64,000 nt of DNA. Source: Elusimicrobiota bacterium. GTDB taxonomy: Bacteria > Elusimicrobiota > UBA8919. The DNA is taken from contig JAZDKR010000024.1 in the NCBI GenBank assembly GCA_043802785.1, positions 97 through 64,096 of the forward strand. The letters are read 5' to 3'. Every line of letters begins with the position of its first letter. Positions within the stretch are counted from its first letter, which is position 1. Below are positions 63,826 to 64,000 of the stretch, piece after piece. A model generated the notes under the pieces. It did not search any database. It saw only the letters and a list, made by a program, of their open reading frames with translations, and was not told where the DNA came from. The translations under genes were made by a program, and so were the position numbers.

Positions 63826-64000
63826 TATCTGTCCTTCCTACGAAAATCCTCTACCCAATTATTTAGGGTCTACTGAAAAATTGTTTTACTCTTAAGTTTG
63901 CGTTAGTATATCAGTAAAGATTCTGTCATTTTCCATCTTTTCTGTTGATAACTCGCTTCGCTTTTGTTAGATTCTTGTCATAGCTGTTGATAAGTTCATC

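Overview
This 64 kb window looks like a segment of an AT-rich bacterial chromosome. Almost every gene is on the minus strand. An outer-membrane beta-barrel protein and an O-antigen-type polysaccharide locus point to a Gram-negative (diderm) organism. The gene content is ordinary housekeeping: gatC, uvrD/pcrA, ctpA, ftsX with an EnvC-like M23 peptidase, rplU-rpmA-obg-proB, panC, recA, folD-fchA, serA, gdhA, pth-rplY-prs-glmU, tRNA-Gln, ahcY-metK and ispE. There is also a nitrogen-assimilation cluster (GAF-ANTAR regulator, type III glutamine synthetase, P-II, and only a relic of amtB). A GDP-mannose module (phosphomannomutase, cupin, GDP-mannose pyrophosphorylase) leads into a large surface-polysaccharide locus from about 50.5 to 64 kb.

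What stands out is the repeat content rather than any new gene system. At least eight families of short palindromic or miniature-element-like repeats fill nearly every intergenic gap. Many copies are inserted in-frame inside conserved genes (glmU, ahcY, a 562-aa phosphomannomutase with about five insertions, csaB, glnN, ctpA, recA, a GT2 glycosyltransferase and a cupin) without breaking the reading frame. This resembles the in-frame palindromic elements known from Rickettsia. Other families are:
- phased CGCGAA direct-repeat arrays that sit 0-100 bp upstream of about ten start codons;
- hairpins built from tandem 7-8-mers, including G-quadruplex-capable (GGGGATAG)n and a plant-telomere-like (GGGTTTA)5 tract;
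- miniature elements with GTAGTTGC/GCAACTAC terminal inverted repeats that supply TAG stop codons to the upstream genes.

Several genes are decayed. There is a 37-codon hsdM relic, internally deleted amtB and ArsB/NhaD-type transporter genes, a truncated GAF paralog, and three frameshifts, one of them at an A10 tract in a capD/wbpM-like gene. A tandemly duplicated pair of tiny membrane-protein genes with a promoter-like element overlapping the start codon (possibly leaderless) is a candidate novel module. I found no CRISPR array, no rRNA and no clear complete mobile element.

All calls were made by reading the supplied translations and raw sequence by eye. No database search or repeat-finding program was run. 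Repeat boundaries are approximate.
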